Shown here: positions 1-12,789 of the stretch, one piece after another
Position numbering within the stretch: the stretch's first letter is position 1
Layout of the letters: each line of letters starts with the position of its first letter
NCBI RefSeq assembly: GCF_046119375.1
Contig: NW_027362771.1
Location: 546,654,001-546,718,000, forward strand
DNA: 64,000 bases
Reading direction: 5' to 3'
DNA from: Phyllobates terribilis
Taxonomy: Eukaryota
The notes under the pieces: model-generated
Told to the model about the DNA's origin: nothing
The model's input: only the letters and a program-made list of their open reading frames with translations
Database searches by the model: none
Made by a program: the position numbers and the translations under genes

Positions 1-305
1 GAAGTTATCAATACCATGGATGGCAAGAAGGAACAAATAAATAAATTTTGGAACAAATCAAGCCATATATGTCACTCAAACCAAGGATCACCAAGCTACA
101 ACTTGCCTACTTTGGACACATCATACTAAGAGAGCAATCACTGGAGAAGGACATTATGGTTGGAAAAATAAAAGGAACCAGGGGAAGAGGAAGACCAACA
201 ACCCGATGGCTTATTATCTATCTCGGCTTGCACAAGCTTGCGCTTCCTACAGAGCATTCATCCATCAAGTCGCCATGGCTCAAGATCGAGCTGAAGGCTG
301 TTAAA
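1..305 (+). mobile_element. 3' end of an RTE-clade LINE (ORF C-terminus remnant)
   Basis: ORF 48-308 reads SLEKDIMVGKIKGTRGRGRPTTRW, the typical RTE/BovB C-terminal motif (SLEK.IM.G..EG.R.RGRP..RW). An A-rich tract follows. Confidence 0.75.
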
Positions 306-642
306 TAATAAAATATATAAAAAAAAAAAAATTAGCCACAAAATGTTGTTTACAAACGTTTTCTCTTTATCAAAGTTTTCGATTTGTTCATAAACTTGAG
401 AATTCTCCAATCAGTGAGGTGTTAGTCAGTTTAGTCTTCTTTCGGGCGATAGTAAACTGTTTATTTTTTAATAAACATTTTTTCTATTAATATTCCATTT
501 ACTTTCAGATGATCACTGTTGAAAACAATTTGACTTTTTTATCAAGATCACTTAAAAATTCTGTGCAGATTGTTTTTTTTAATACACCTTTATAATAGTG
601 CTATGTCTGAGATCTTCTTTTCTATTTTTTTTTTATATATAT

Positions 643-880
643 ATCAAGAGAATGCCAAGAGTGTGCAAAGCAGTCATCAAAGCAAAAGGTGGCTACTTTG
701 AAGAACCTAGAATATAAGACATATTTTCAGTTGTTTCACACTTTTTTGTTAAGTATATAATTCCACATGTGTTAATTCATAGTTTTGATGCCTTCAGTGT
801 GAGTGTACAATTTTCAAAGTCATGAAAATACAGAAATTTCTTTAAATGAGAAGGTGTGTACAAACTTTTGGTCTGTACTG
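643..880 (+). mobile_element. Tc1-like transposon 3' terminal fragment
   Basis: Encodes ...RMPRVCKAVIKAKGGYFEEPRI* and ends CAAACTTTTGGTCTGTACTG|TA. Nearly identical to 6250-6481. Confidence 0.85.
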
Positions 881-889
881 TATGTGTTT

Positions 890-1735
890 GGCCAAGATCA
901 AAGAGCTGTATAAGGACCCCAGGACCAAAATTGTAGACCTGCACAAGGCTGGGATGGGCTACAGGGCAATAGGTAAGCAGCTTGGTGAGAAGGCAACAAC
1001 TGTTGGTACAATTATTAGAAAATGGAAGAAACACAAGATCACTGTCAATCTTCCTCGGTCGGTCTGGGGCTCCATGCATGATCTTTCCTTGTGGGGTAAG
1101 GATGATTCTGAGAAAGGTCACAAATCAGTCCAGAACTACACGGGAGGACCTGGTCAATGACCTGTAGAGAGCTAGTACCACAGGCTCAAACATTACTGTT
1201 AGTAACACACTACACCATCACACAAGGTCCTTCTGCTCATGCCAGCACATGTCCAGGCCCTTTTGAAGTCCGCCAATGACCATCTGGATGATCCAGAGGA
1301 GGCATTGGAGAAGGTTATGTGGTCAGATGAGACCAAAATAGAACTTTTTGGTATCAACTTCAGCTGCCGTGTTTAGAGGAAGAAGAAGGATAAGTACAAC
1401 CTCAAGAACACCGTCCCAACCGTGAAGCATGGTGGGGGAGACATCATACTTTGGGGGTGCTTTTCTGCAAAGGGGACAGGAGGACTACACAGTATTGAAG
1501 GGAGGATGGATGAGGTCCTGTATTGCAAGGTTTTGGCCAACAACCTCCTTCCCTCAGTAAGAGTATTGACAATATGTCGTAGCTGGGTCTTCCAGCATGA
1601 CAATGACCCTAAACACACAGCCAAGGCAACTAAAAAGTGGCTCCGTTAGAAGCATTTCAAGGTCCTGGAGTGGCCTAGCCAGTCTCCAGACCTGAACCCA
1701 ATTGAAAATCTTTGGAGGGAGCTGAAACTCAAAAG
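890..1735 (+). pseudogene. Degenerate Tc1 transposase
   Basis: Frameshifted pieces [48 protein letters not shown] and [12 protein letters not shown]. Confidence 0.85.
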
Positions 1736-1749
1736 ATTGTGACAGTAAG

Positions 1750-2480
1750 GCATCCAAGATGGTGCCTCCTCACAGCATACTGGCCAGAGAACTGGCGACT
1801 GAGATAACTGCAACTAAACTGGAGTGATTTGTGAGGGTGATGGAGGATTCCTTCGCACACTCAGGGGGATATTCATCCTGCAATGTAGCTGAGGGACGGG
1901 TGACTGGGAAAATAACACGAGGACATCACAAGGCTTAAATGTGCCCCTCCCCAGCAGCAGTTGAGAGAGCCCTTGACAGAACCCCTGAGAGGACAAACAA
2001 CGGGTCCAAACAATGTACTCGCAGAAGAGGAAAAAGCAACTCTTAGAGATGTATACTCAGCCATTAATGGCTGCAGCTCTTTCCTGGATGTCCTTAGCAT
2101 GCAAGTTGGAGGACTTAAAGAAGATATTAACCGCATTAGACATGCTATGCAAAAATCAAATGAAAGAATGGGGGAAGTGGAAAGTAGAGTGGGTGCTTTG
2201 GAGGACCAAGTACCATGCATGCAGAAAAATGTTAAAATAAATAAGCAAAATATCTGGATGATCTGGAAATTGGGCTAAGACTAACCTACACATAGTAGGG
2301 GTACTGGAGAAGGTGGAAGGTCAGGACCTGATGGTATATATTGAAGCCTGGCTGCTGGAAAACTTTGACAAAGATGCCCTATCCCTCTACCCCCTTCTTT
2401 GCCCCAGAACATGCCCATAGGGTCCCCACTCGACCTGGACCACCTGGTCAGCCATGTCCTTCTATCATACCCTGAAAGGA
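1750..2480 (+). mobile_element. L1/Tx1-like LINE 5' UTR and ORF1 fragment
   Basis: Coiled-coil-like KEDINRIRHAMQKSNERMGEVESRVGALEDQV, then frameshifted DLE...NLHIVGVLEKVEGQDL, resembling the ORF1p DLENRSRRNNLRIVG motif. Confidence 0.6.
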
Positions 2481-2489
2481 TGTCACAGT

Positions 2490-2777
2490 GTAGAGGGATC
2501 ATCCTTTATTCTCAATTGTTTCTTCATTTCCATGTGCAATGGAATGAAACTAAATGGGAAAAGATACAGATTAGATATGAGAAAAAACTTTTTGACAGTG
2601 AGGGTGATCAATGAGTGGAACAGGCTACCACGAGCGGTGGTGAATTCTCCCTCAATGGCAGTCTTCAAACAGAGGCTGGACAGACATGTCTGAAATGGTT
2701 TAGTGAATCCTACATTGAGCGGGGGGTTGAACCAGATGACCCTGGAAGTCCCCTCCAACTCTAACATTCTATGATTC
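2490..2777 (+). mobile_element. CR1 LINE 3' end
   Basis: RYRLDMRKNFLTVRVINEWNRLP...FKQRLDRH, then the CR1-type 3' UTR ending CCAACTCTAACATTCTATGATTC. Confidence 0.85.
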
Positions 2778-4034
2778 ATTTTCCTCTGCCTTCCACCCTG
2801 AAACCAACAATCAGACTGAGAGGACAAATCAATCTTTGGAACAAATTTTAAGGTGCTTTGCGGCAGCTTGGCAGGAGGATTGGTCTTCATTTTTACTGCT
2901 CGCTGAGTATGCCTTTAACAAACGGGTAAATCAGGCTGCAGGAACATCACCATTTTTTCGTAACTATGGTTTTCCATCCCCATTTTGGTGAGTTTTGTAT
3001 GATTTGTTTTGGTTGTCCTGGATTGGAGGTCGCTGTGCAGAGACTTGGGGATGTCTGGAGGTAGGCTGAAAGAATATTGGGACTGCTCAGATTCGCCAAA
3101 AATGGAAAGCCGATTAGCTGTCATCCAGAAACATCAAGCTTAAGGTAAAATCGGCGTAGTTGGGTCCGAAGTCCATCAGTCCATATGAAATTCTGGACGT
3201 CGTCAATCCGGTGGCCTTTAGGTTGAAGCTTCCTCCATCTCTCTGCATCCCTGACGTTTTCCATAAATCCCTGTTGAAGGAGTTTGTCTCCTCGGTGGTG
3301 TCACCCTTGTCCCTACCTCCTCCGGTTGCTGTTAATGGCAGTTGAGAATATGAGGTTCAGAGAGTTGTTGAATCTCGTAGGGTCCGAAATTCCCTCCAGT
3401 ATCTCATCCACTGGAGGGGATACGGACCTGAGGAGAGATCCTGGGTCCCAGTTTTAGATGTGAAGGTCGAGCGGTTAGTCAGAGCCTTCCATATGAAGTT
3501 TCCTGGGAAACCTGGGGGTCCAGTGAGTCCTCCTAGAATAGGGGGTACTGTAGCGATTCCACCCCTCAGTACTGAGCTGTCTATGCAGTGATGTGACAGC
3601 TCAGTTGTCCAGTCTGATGCCGGTGCATGCTGAGCTGTCTGTGTTTTTATTGACAGCTCGGCCGTCCAATCTGAGACAGGGAGGTGCTGAGCTCTCATTG
3701 GGTGCTCCTGCTTTCCTTGACTGTTCCGCTACATAACTGAGCTGGTAGTCTCAGCTGTCAGCCGTAGCTTCAGTGAAATGTGATTGTTTACTCTGTGCCA
3801 TGTATTTTGCTTGTTGATGTATCACTGCCTGACCTTGGACCTTGTTCTGACCATCTGTCTGTTTAACCCCTTTGCTCTGATCTGCTATCCTCCTGGTATT
3901 TTGACCTCGGACCTTTACCTGACTACGACTCTGTCTCTTCCCTCTGTTTATGACGTACCCTCCTGGCTATTGACCTTGGACTCTTCGACTATCCCAACTC
4001 ACAGCTTGTCCGTGAGAAGTGACTCAGCGTCACA
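2778..4034 (+). mobile_element. Ty3/Gypsy chromovirus 3' fragment (integrase C-terminus, chromodomain, PPT, 3' LTR 3549-4034)
   Basis: FSSAFHPETNNQTERTNQSLEQ, PYEILDVVNPVAFRLKLP and chromodomain [32 protein letters not shown]. Purine tract AGGGGGTAC precedes an LTR TGTAGCG...CGTCACA. Confidence 0.85.
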
Positions 4035-5385
4035 AATCCTTTGCAGGCAATGACTGCCTGAAGTCTGGAAGCCATGGATGGTACCAAACTCTGGTTTTCT
4101 TCCTTTGTTATGCTTTGCCAGACCTTTACTGCAGTTGACTTCAGTTGTTGCTTGTTTGTGGGTCTTTCTGCCTTGCGTTTTGTCTTGAGCATGTAAAATG
4201 CTGCTCAATGAGGTTGAGATCTGATAATTGACTGAGCCATTGAAGAATATTCAATTTCTTTTCCTTTAACTCCTGGGTTGCTTTCGCAGTATGTTTTGTG
4301 TTATTGTCCGTCTGTACTGTAAAGCGCTGTCCAATCAACCTTCCTTGTTTGAATCTGAGCAGAAAGTATAGCACTGTACACTTCAGAATTCATCCTGGTG
4401 CTTCTGTCTCCAGTCACATATCAATAAACACTAGTGACCCAGCGCCATTGGAAGCAATGCATGCCCATGCCATCACACTGCCTCCACCATATTTTACAGA
4501 GGAAGTGCAGTGCTTTGGATCATGAGCCATTCCAAGCCTTCTCCATACTTTCTTCTTCCCATCATTCTGGTATAAGTTGATCTTAGTTTAATTTGTCCAA
4601 AAAATACTTTTCCAGAACTGGGCTGGCTTCTTTAGATGTTATTTTCCAAAGTCTAATCTGGCTTTTCTATTTTTAAGGCTGATTATTCGTTTGTACCTTG
4701 TGGTGAACCCTCTATATTTGCTCTCATGAAGTCTTCTCTTCATGGTAGACTTAGATATTGAAACACTGACATCCAGGAGAGTATTCTTCACTTGGATGGA
4801 TGTTGCGTATGGGTTTATCTTCACCATGGAAAGGATTCTGCGATCATCCACCACTGTTGTCTTCCTTCCGTGGATGTCCACATCTTTCTGAATTGCCAAG
4901 CTCATCAGCGCGCTTTTTATTTGCAGAATGTACCAAACTGTTGATTTGGCTCGTCCTAACATTTCTGATATCTCTCTGATGGATTTCTGCTTTTTTTCAG
5001 CCTAATGATGGTCTGTTTCACTTTCATTGACAGCACCTTTGAACTCATGTTGTGGGTTCACAGCAACAGCTTCCAAATGTCACACGTGGAATCAGCTCCA
5101 GATCTTTTTCCTGCTTAATGATGGATTAATGACGGAAAAGCCCATGCAACCCATTATAGAGCTTTTAAGATAATTGTCCAATTACTTTAGTCCCTTGAAA
5201 AAGAAGCTGCTACATATTAAAGAGCTGTTATTATTAAACCCTTATTGCAGTTAGGATGTGAATACTCTCAAATCAAAGCTGAGAGTCTGTACTTTAAGCA
5301 CATATTGATTATATAACTGTATCTTGAATATGTTTTAGTAAACAGGTAAAACTTATCATTGTCCAAATATTTCTGGACCTAACTA
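4035..5385 (-). mobile_element. Degenerate Tc1 element
   Basis: Minus-strand ORF pieces (LGRAKSTVWYIL, DNNTKHTAKATQE, SRLQAVIACKGF) and a TIR-like end near 5360-5385. Confidence 0.8.
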
Positions 5386-5405
5386 ACCATATAAAAATAT
5401 ATATA

Positions 5406-5570
5406 CAGGGTGGGCCATTTGTATGGATACACCTAAATTAAATGGGAATGGTTGGTGATATCAACTTCCTGTTTGTGGCACATTAGTATATGGGAGAGGG
5501 AAAACTTTTCCAGATGGGTGGTGGCCATGGCAGCCATTTTGAAATCAGCCATTTTGGATCTTTCTTTTTT
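5406..5570 (+). mobile_element. Tc1/mariner-type terminal fragment
   Basis: TA|CAGGGTGGGCCATTTGTATGGATACACC is a TIR-like start. No coding part is present. Confidence 0.45.
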
Positions 5571-5574
5571 TTAA

Positions 5575-6481
5575 TCCTGCTTCTGAGGATAAGTTTATCC
5601 GAGTCACCAGCCTCAGAAATCGCAGGTTAACAGCAGCTCAGATTAGAGACCAGGTCAATGCCACACAGAGTTCTAGAAGCAGACACATCTCTACAACAAC
5701 TGTTAAGAGGAGACTTTGTGCAGCAGGCCTTCATGGTAAAATAGCTGCTAGGAAACCACTGCTAAGGACAGGCAACAAGCAGAAGAGACTTGTTTGGGCT
5801 AAAGAACACAAGGAATGGACATACCTGGTTCCTACCGTGAAGCATGGAGGAGGAGGCGTGATGGTGTGGGGGTGCTTTGCTGGTGACACTGTTGGGGATT
5901 TATTCAAAATTGAAGGCATACTGAACCAGCATGGCTACCACAGCATCTGCAGCGGCATGCTATTCCATCTGGTTTGCGTTTAGTTGGACCATCATTTATT
6001 TTTCAACAGGACAATGACCCCAAGCACACCTCCAGGCTGTGTAAGGGCTATTTGACCAAGAGGCAGAGTGATGGGGTGCTGCACCAGATGACCTGGCCTC
6101 CACAGTCACCAGACCTGAACCCAATCGAGATGGTTTGGGGTGAGCTGGACCGCAGAGTGAAGGCAAAAGGGCCAACAAGTGCTAAGCATCTCTGGGAACT
6201 CCTTCAAGATTGTTGGAAGACCATTTCCGGTGACTACCTCTTGAAGCTCATCAAGAGAATGCCAAGAGTGTGCAAAGCAGTCATCAAAGCAAAAGGTGGC
6301 TACTTTGAAGAACCTAGAATATAAGACATATTTTCAGTTGTTTCACACTTTTTTAAGTATATAATTCCACATGTGTTAATTCATAGTTTTGATGCCTTCA
6401 GTGTGAATGTACAAATTTCATAGTCATGAAAATGCAGTAAAAACTTTAAATGAGGTGTGTCCCAACTTTTGGTCTGTACTG
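5575..6481 (+). mobile_element. Internally deleted Tc1 element
   Basis: Transposase C-half FQQDNDPKH...[12 protein letters not shown] (ORF 5974-6324), a deletion junction near 5821, and a right end ...GGTCTGTACTG|TA. Confidence 0.85.
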
Positions 6482-6489
6482 TATATAAT

Positions 6490-8050
6490 TAGCTCTGTCA
6501 AAAATTAAGAGACCTCTGCACAGTTTTCTAAACATCACCATCTCTTCATGTCTGACAGCCATTTCATTCCAGTGTCAGTTGAATTCCAACCACAGTCCAC
6601 CTCATTCTACTTAATGTGCTTCTGATTAGGTGATCACCTGAACCGAATCTTATGTAACGAGGGAAAGTATAAAAAACACTACTGTGGTCTTCACAATCCT
6701 CTTGCAATAGGACAAGCTGGATGGCAAAACAAGTGCTAGGAAGAGCCCAAAAGTAATTTGAATGAAAAAATAACTTGTAACCATACCAAAGGAGCTGAAA
6801 AGAAAAGTCTTGAGTGAGGAAAAGAAGGGCTCAATTCTGGCTTTACTAGCAGAGTGATACAGTGAGCGTCATGTTGCCTCCATCCTTTAAAATTTCAAAG
6901 ACGGCAGTCCATTACAACAAGGTCAAGCAGCAGACATTGGGGACAACAAAGCTACAGACTGGCAGAGGGCTAAAGCGACTCTCCACTGACCGGGATGACC
7001 GTCATCTTATTCGAATGTCACTCAGCAACCGCAGGATGACATCAAGTGACCTACAAAAGGAATGGCAAATGGCAGCTGGGGTAAAGTGCATGGCAAGAAC
7101 AGTTGGCAACAGGCTCCTAGAGGCCACAAGTCATGTAAAACTAGAAAAAAGCCTTTCATCAATAAGAAGCAAAGGAGAGCCAGGCTGAAGTTTGCCAAAG
7201 ACCATAAGGATTGGACCATAGAGGACTGGAGTAAGGTAATCTTCTCTGATGAATCTAATTTTCAGCTTTGCCCAACACCTGATCATCTAATGATTAGACG
7301 GAGGATCAGTGATGATCTCTGGGTGCTTCAGCAAGGCTGGAATTGGGCAGGGTAATCTTTGCGAAGGACGTATGAATCAAGCCGCATACAAGGTTATCCT
7401 TGGAAAACACTTGCTTCCTTCTGCTCAGGCAATGTTCCCCAACTCTGAGGACTGTTTTTTCCAGCACGACAATGCCCCATGCCACACAGCTAGGTCAATC
7501 AATGTGTGGATGAAGGAGCATCACATCAAGACCCTGTCATGGCCAGCCCAATCTCCAGACCTGAACCCCATTGAAAACCTCTGGAATGTAATCAAGAGGA
7601 AGATGGATAGTCAAAAGCCATCAAACAAAGAAGAACTGCTTAAATTTTTGTGCCAGGAGTGGCATAAGGTCACCCAAAAGCAGTGTGAAAGACTGGTGGA
7701 AAGCATGCCAAGACGCATGAAAGCTGTGATTAAAAATCATGGTTAGTCCACCAAATATTGATTTTTGAACTCTTCCTGAGTTAAAACATGAGTATTGTTG
7801 TTTCTAAATGAATTTGTTTTCTTTGCATTATTTGAGGTCTGAAAGCACTGTTTCTTTTTTTATTATTTTGGCGATTTCTCATTTGATGCAAATAAATGCA
7901 AAATTTTTAGCTTTGAATTTCTTAGACATGTTGTCAGTAGTTTATGGAATAAAACAACAATGTACATTTTACTCAAAAATATACCTATAAAGAGAAAAAT
8001 CAGGGAAAATGAAAATTTTTGCAGTGGTCTCTTAATTTTTGCCAGAGCTG
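6490..8050 (+). mobile_element. Near full-length Tc1 element with disrupted transposase
   Basis: TIR pair TAGCTCTGTCAAAAATTAAGAGACCTCTGCA / TGCAGTGGTCTCTTAATTTTTGCCAGAGCTG. The ORF is split across 6862-7746 ([23 protein letters not shown]). Confidence 0.9.
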
Positions 8051-8149
8051 TGTGTATATATAAGTCGATTTGAAAATTAGTGGGTTTTTGGCCATCTAAA
8101 ATTTTTCAAAAACAGAATTGGAATACTACAGAATAACTCAAAGATGAGA

Positions 8150-8640
8150 CGTTCACCTGACTGATTTTTACTCCATTACTAACCTGGGCTTCATGTAAGC
8201 TGCCAATACTGCCAAGGCTGACATGAACCCCAACCCTATTACCCCACTTTCCCCAGCACCAGTGTAAGTGGGAAAAGTTAAGGCTAAGCGCCAGATTTAG
8301 CGCATCTTATGGATGCGCCATTTCTGGGGCCGCTGAGAGCTGATATTATTAGCCTCGGAGGTTGCCAGGATCCCTTCCCTGGCTATTAATATCAGCCCGC
8401 AGCTGTGTGCCTAGTCTTTGCTGGTTAGATTTTACAGCGGGACCCTATGTCAATTTTTCTGGGGTCCCCCTGTAATCTAACCAGTAAAGGGTAAGCAAAC
8501 AGTTGTGGACTGTTGTTAATAGCCAGGGAATATTTCTGGCTAATGGTCCCTTCCCCGGCGAGTAATATCAGCCCCTAATGATTGGCTTTCCCTTTGCTGA
8601 TTACGAAAATGACGTGGGAGCCATTTTTTTTTTCATTCAA
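8150..8640. repeat. Partial copy of the fold-back core also found at ~13900-14400
   Basis: Shares CCATTACTAACCTGGGCTTCAT...GCTGACATGAACCCCAACCCTATTACCCCA with 13913-13980. Confidence 0.7.
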
Positions 8641-9006
8641 GAGTATGTGCCCACGATCTGGACGTAGCAGCACTTTGGACGCAGCATATTCTTGCTGCGT
8701 CCAAAGCGCTGCGTTCTATGTGTTCACTGAACCATGCGGAGTTACCGCATTCAATGCATTCTAGTGGTCAAATTTCTGTTGTGGAGACTAGCGACTATGC
8801 ATGAGAAATTGACATGCTTCAGTCCTGAAAGACGTGCCGCATGTCGGTGTCTGCAAGTGATCTGCAGCCTCAGATGCACGGATAATGGACATGGGATTTC
8901 TGGAAATACCATTCACTATGCTGTAACATCTGGCCGCTGCGGGTTTGATGCAGCATAAATACACAGCGTCAAACCTGCCGCATTTCCTGATCATGGACAC
9001 GTACTC
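8641..9006. mobile_element. PIF/Harbinger-like MITE
   Basis: Terminal inverted repeats GAGTATGTGCCCACGATCTGGA / TCCTGATCATGGACACGTACTC. Non-coding. Confidence 0.6.
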
Positions 9007-9191
9007 AAACTTACCCACAGCATGTGAATTTCCTTAGTGGAGATGCTAGTCTCCTCTGTAGATTTTGACTGATTGAAATATCATTACATGCGTTGTTACC
9101 TTTTTAGTCAGCTGAAAACTGTTAGCTTTTTCAATGCTTCTGGTTTTTAATGCTATTATGGCTTTTTCTAGATTCCGCGGTTGCATTATCT

Positions 9192-9242
9192 ATGGGACTG
9201 ATGTCTAAGTTGAAGCTACATATGGATTCTTTGCTCCGAGAG
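9192..9242 (+). CDS. KRAB-ZNF start exon (MGLMSKLKLHMDSLLRE)
   Basis: Acceptor CTTTTTCTAG|9172, ATG at 9192, donor GAG|GTAAGA after 9242. Phase 0 matches the KRAB-A exon. Confidence 0.7.
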
Positions 9243-10224
9243 GTAAGATGCTGTGCAGAGTGCTGCCACTTCCCACAAAGTTGTCCATCCTAAACCATAT
9301 GTTCTTCATAGTAACCGGTTTAATTTATTCATTCATACGTCCTAATAGGGCCACTGCTGCGGAGTTGCCTACTTGTTACAAGCCCCTTTAAATGTTAATA
9401 AGTGCCATCTTCACATGTTGTGTCAAGGCATATGAAGTTGATAGATGGGTCTGCCTGCTTTCTGTCAGTGAATTTAAACATTGTTGATAACATCTAGAAA
9501 GCCTTTTCTAGAAATGTCCATAGCCATTAATATTTGCATTAGTTTAATTTGCATCGGGGCTCTGGATCTTTAAGCCAAATCTATCTCCAGATTTCACAAC
9601 ATACGTTATTGAATAGATCTCCTAGTCTTGATATGGTTGGTGTCAGAATGAGTCCAAGTGTATTCAGTCTCTGCCTGACTGACAGCTATTCAGACTCCAC
9701 CCTCCCAGTTTAACTGACAGCTGCAGTTTGTACAGAGCAGCATGAGATCTCAGCACTAGAGAGGAGGGACACTAAGGAACTGCCAATCAGGATAGGTGGG
9801 CAGAAATTTAGCTTTACATTTCAAGATACATTATACATCCATTCTAATATTAATTGTCAAAATAGATGCACCAGCCTCATCAGGTCTAAGAGATCTACTA
9901 TGCAAGGGTGTATCCATCGCAGTCACAGATGATGCAAACGTCCGTGCGGGTGTGGGCCCATCGATGCCATCACTGAGGACGCACATTCAGCTGAAGTGTA
10001 TTACAGTGCAGAGACCCTCCTGCTCTCTGCACTGCAGTACACTCCACCATCCACCAGCCATTCAGAGGCCGGAAGCTGATGTCGACGTGCCCGTCACAAG
10101 CGGCACATGGCAGAGACGTCATATGCTGCTCATGGCTGGCCGAAGTGAGAAAAGGTTATAGAAGAGGAAGCCGAAGCTGTGGAAGGTAAGCAGATTTTTT
10201 TTTTGATGTGTTGGAAAAGTGATA

Positions 10225-10548
10225 GAAAGGACATTATACCAGAAAGGGGCCCAAGATGAGGGACATTATACCAGAAAGGGGCCCATGATGGCGGACATTA
10301 TATAAGGAAGGAGCCCAGCATGGGGGACATTATATCAGGAAGAGGCCCAGGCCCATTATTACAGGATGGGTGCTTGGATGTGGGACATTATTATAGAAAA
10401 GGGCAAGGAGGGGGACATTACTACATGTAGGGTGAACACATATGTTTAGAACACTGCAAAGGCCCATACATATGACCAACATTGGGGTGGGGGCCCAGGT
10501 CCAAATTTTGCACCAGGGCCCATCGGACTCTAGTTCCACCACTGCTAC
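10225..10548. repeat. ~31-bp minisatellite inside a Harbinger-like MITE end
   Basis: Repeats of GGACATTATACCAGAAAGGGGCCCA.GATG, then GGGCCC...CTAGTTCCACCACTG as a terminal motif. Confidence 0.55.
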
Positions 10549-10554
10549 TATGTA

Positions 10555-12151
10555 CAGTTGAAACCAGAAGTTTACATTCACTATATAAAAAGACACATAT
10601 GCATGTTTTTCTCAATATGTGACTTGAAATCAGAATATACCCTTCCCGTTTTAAGTCAATTAGGATTAACATAATTTTTAATATTTGCCAAATGGCAGAA
10701 TAATGAGAGAGAGAATGTTTTAAGGCATTTTTATTACTTACTGTGAAGTCAAAAGTTTACATAAACTAAGATTACTATGCCTTTAAACAGTTCTGGACTG
10801 CCCATATGATGATGTCATGTGTTTGGAAGCTTCTGATCTGTTTTTTTTGGCAACATCTGTGTTAGAGACACATCTTTTGGATGTCTCTAATTAAACACAC
10901 TGCTTCTTTGTGTAGTATCATGGGAAAGTCTAAAGAAATCAGCCAAGTTATCAGGAAGAGAATTGTGGACTTGCACAAGTCTGGCTCATCCTTGGGTACA
11001 ATTTCAAGATACTTGAAGCTGCCTCGTTCATCTGTACAATTAATTATACGCAAGTACAAACAAGATGGGAATGTCCAGCCATCATACCGCTCAGGAAGGA
11101 GACGGGTTCTGTGTCCCAGAGATGAATGTGCTTTGGTCCGACGTGTGCATATCAACCCAAGGACAAACGTAAAAGACCTTGTGAAGATGATGATGAAAGC
11201 TTGTAAGATTGTGTCAATATCCAAAGTGAAACGAGTACTGTATCAACATGGGCTGAAAGGCCACTCTGCCAGGAAGACGCCATTACTCCAAAAGAAACAT
11301 AAAAAAGCCAGATTAATGTTTAGAAATGCACACAGGAACAAAGACCTTAATTTTTGGAGACATGTCCTGTGGTCTGATGAAACTAAAATTGAACATTTTG
11401 GGCATAATGACCATAGTTCCGGTTGGAGAAAAAAGGGAGAAGCTTGAAAGCCTAAGAACACCATCCCAACTGTGAAACACGGGGGTGGCAGCATCATGTT
11501 GCGGGGTTGTTTTGCTGAAGGAGGGAGTTGTGCGCTTCACAAAATAGATGGCATCATGAGAAAAGAAGATTATGTGGAAATACTGAAGCAACATCTCAAG
11601 ACATCAGCCAGGAAGTTAAAGCTTGGGCGGAAATGGGTCTTCCAAATGGACAATGACCCGAAGCATACTGCCAAAATGGTAACAAAGTGGCGTAGGGATA
11701 ACAAAGTCAATGTTTTGGAGCCCTGATCTCAATCCTATTGAATATTTATGGGCAAAGCTGAAAAGGCAGGTGTGAGCAAGGCGACCTAAAAACCTGGTTC
11801 AGTTACACCAGTTTTGCCAGGAGGAATGGGCCCAAATTCCGACCAACTATTGCGAGAAGTTTGTGGAAGGATATCCCAGACATTTGACCCAAGTCATTCA
11901 GTTTAAGGGCAATGGTACCAAATCCTAATGAAATGTAAGTAAACTTTTGACTTTTCAGTAAGTAATAAAAATGCCTTAAAACATTCTCTCTCTCTCTCAT
12001 TATTCTGGCATTTGGCAAATATTACTCTAATAATTATGGTAATCCTAATTGACCTAAAACGGAAAAGGTTTATTCTAATTTCATGTGAGATATTGTGAAA
12101 AACATGAATGTGTCTTTTTATATAATGTATGTAAACTTCTGGCTTCAACTG
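10555..12151 (+). mobile_element. Sleeping Beauty-like (IR/DR) Tc1 element with inactivated transposase (10920-11928)
   Basis: TA|CAGTTGAAACCAGAAGTTTACA...TGTAAACTTCTGGCTTCAACTG|TA with an inner DR near 10743. Protein MGKSKEISQVIRKRIVDLHKSGSSLG... follows SB transposase. TGA at 11445-11447 and a deletion removing WPSQS. Confidence 0.92.
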
Positions 12152-12238
12152 TATGTAGCTTATATTATTTAATCTGGTGACAGATCTGCCTTAAGCTATT
12201 GTTCCTTTAGTAGTCATCCTTGTTTCTTTATATCTTAG

Positions 12239-12365
12239 GTTCCAATCAGGTTTGATGATGTGGCGGTGTACTTTTCGGCAGAGGAGTGGGAGAGCTTGGG
12301 AATGGGGGAAAAGCTGATGTACATGGATGTCATGCTGGAGAATTACTACACCCTTTTTTCTCTTG
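12239..12365 (+). CDS. KRAB-A box exon
   Basis: 127-nt exon VPIRFDDVAVYFSAEEWESLGMGEKLMYMDVMLENYYTLFSL with the DV and MLE motifs intact. Acceptor TCTTAG|, donor G|GTAAGA. Confidence 0.95.
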
Positions 12366-12789
12366 GTAAGACTCTATGGTCAAAATGAGAACTTTTATGG
12401 CTTTTATGGACACTTAACCATCTGCTTTCCTCTTCACACATTTCAAGCCTTGTCGGGAGTCTGAGATCTGTTTGGGACAGGTGACACTGATCTGATAACT
12501 GGAGATATGGAGGTAGTTGCTAAAATTTTATACAAAAGCCCATGAAGGAGAAACTCAAGATCATCCTTTTCATCCCTGGAGACCCTATATTATACCTCGC
12601 CTTCTGCTACCTACAGCTGCAATTAAAATTATTCAAGCCCAGTTGCCCAATTACAACTCTGGCTTAGTTGCAAAATTCACAAACTTTCTGCTGCTTGTCC
12701 TTGTTTCCTTGGTTAATTGAAATGTAAATAACCCAACTAATATAACAAGTGGTTTCTCCAAATTCTGCACAAAATGCCACTTTTACTGA

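Noticed and set aside
10050-10185. Promoter-like stretch with donor AAG|GTAAGC as the ZNF start exon
   Set aside because: A TAG at 10159-10161 blocks the needed frame with no ATG after it. The stretch seems to be part of a MITE, and 9172-9242 fits better. Use as a minor non-coding exon is not excluded.
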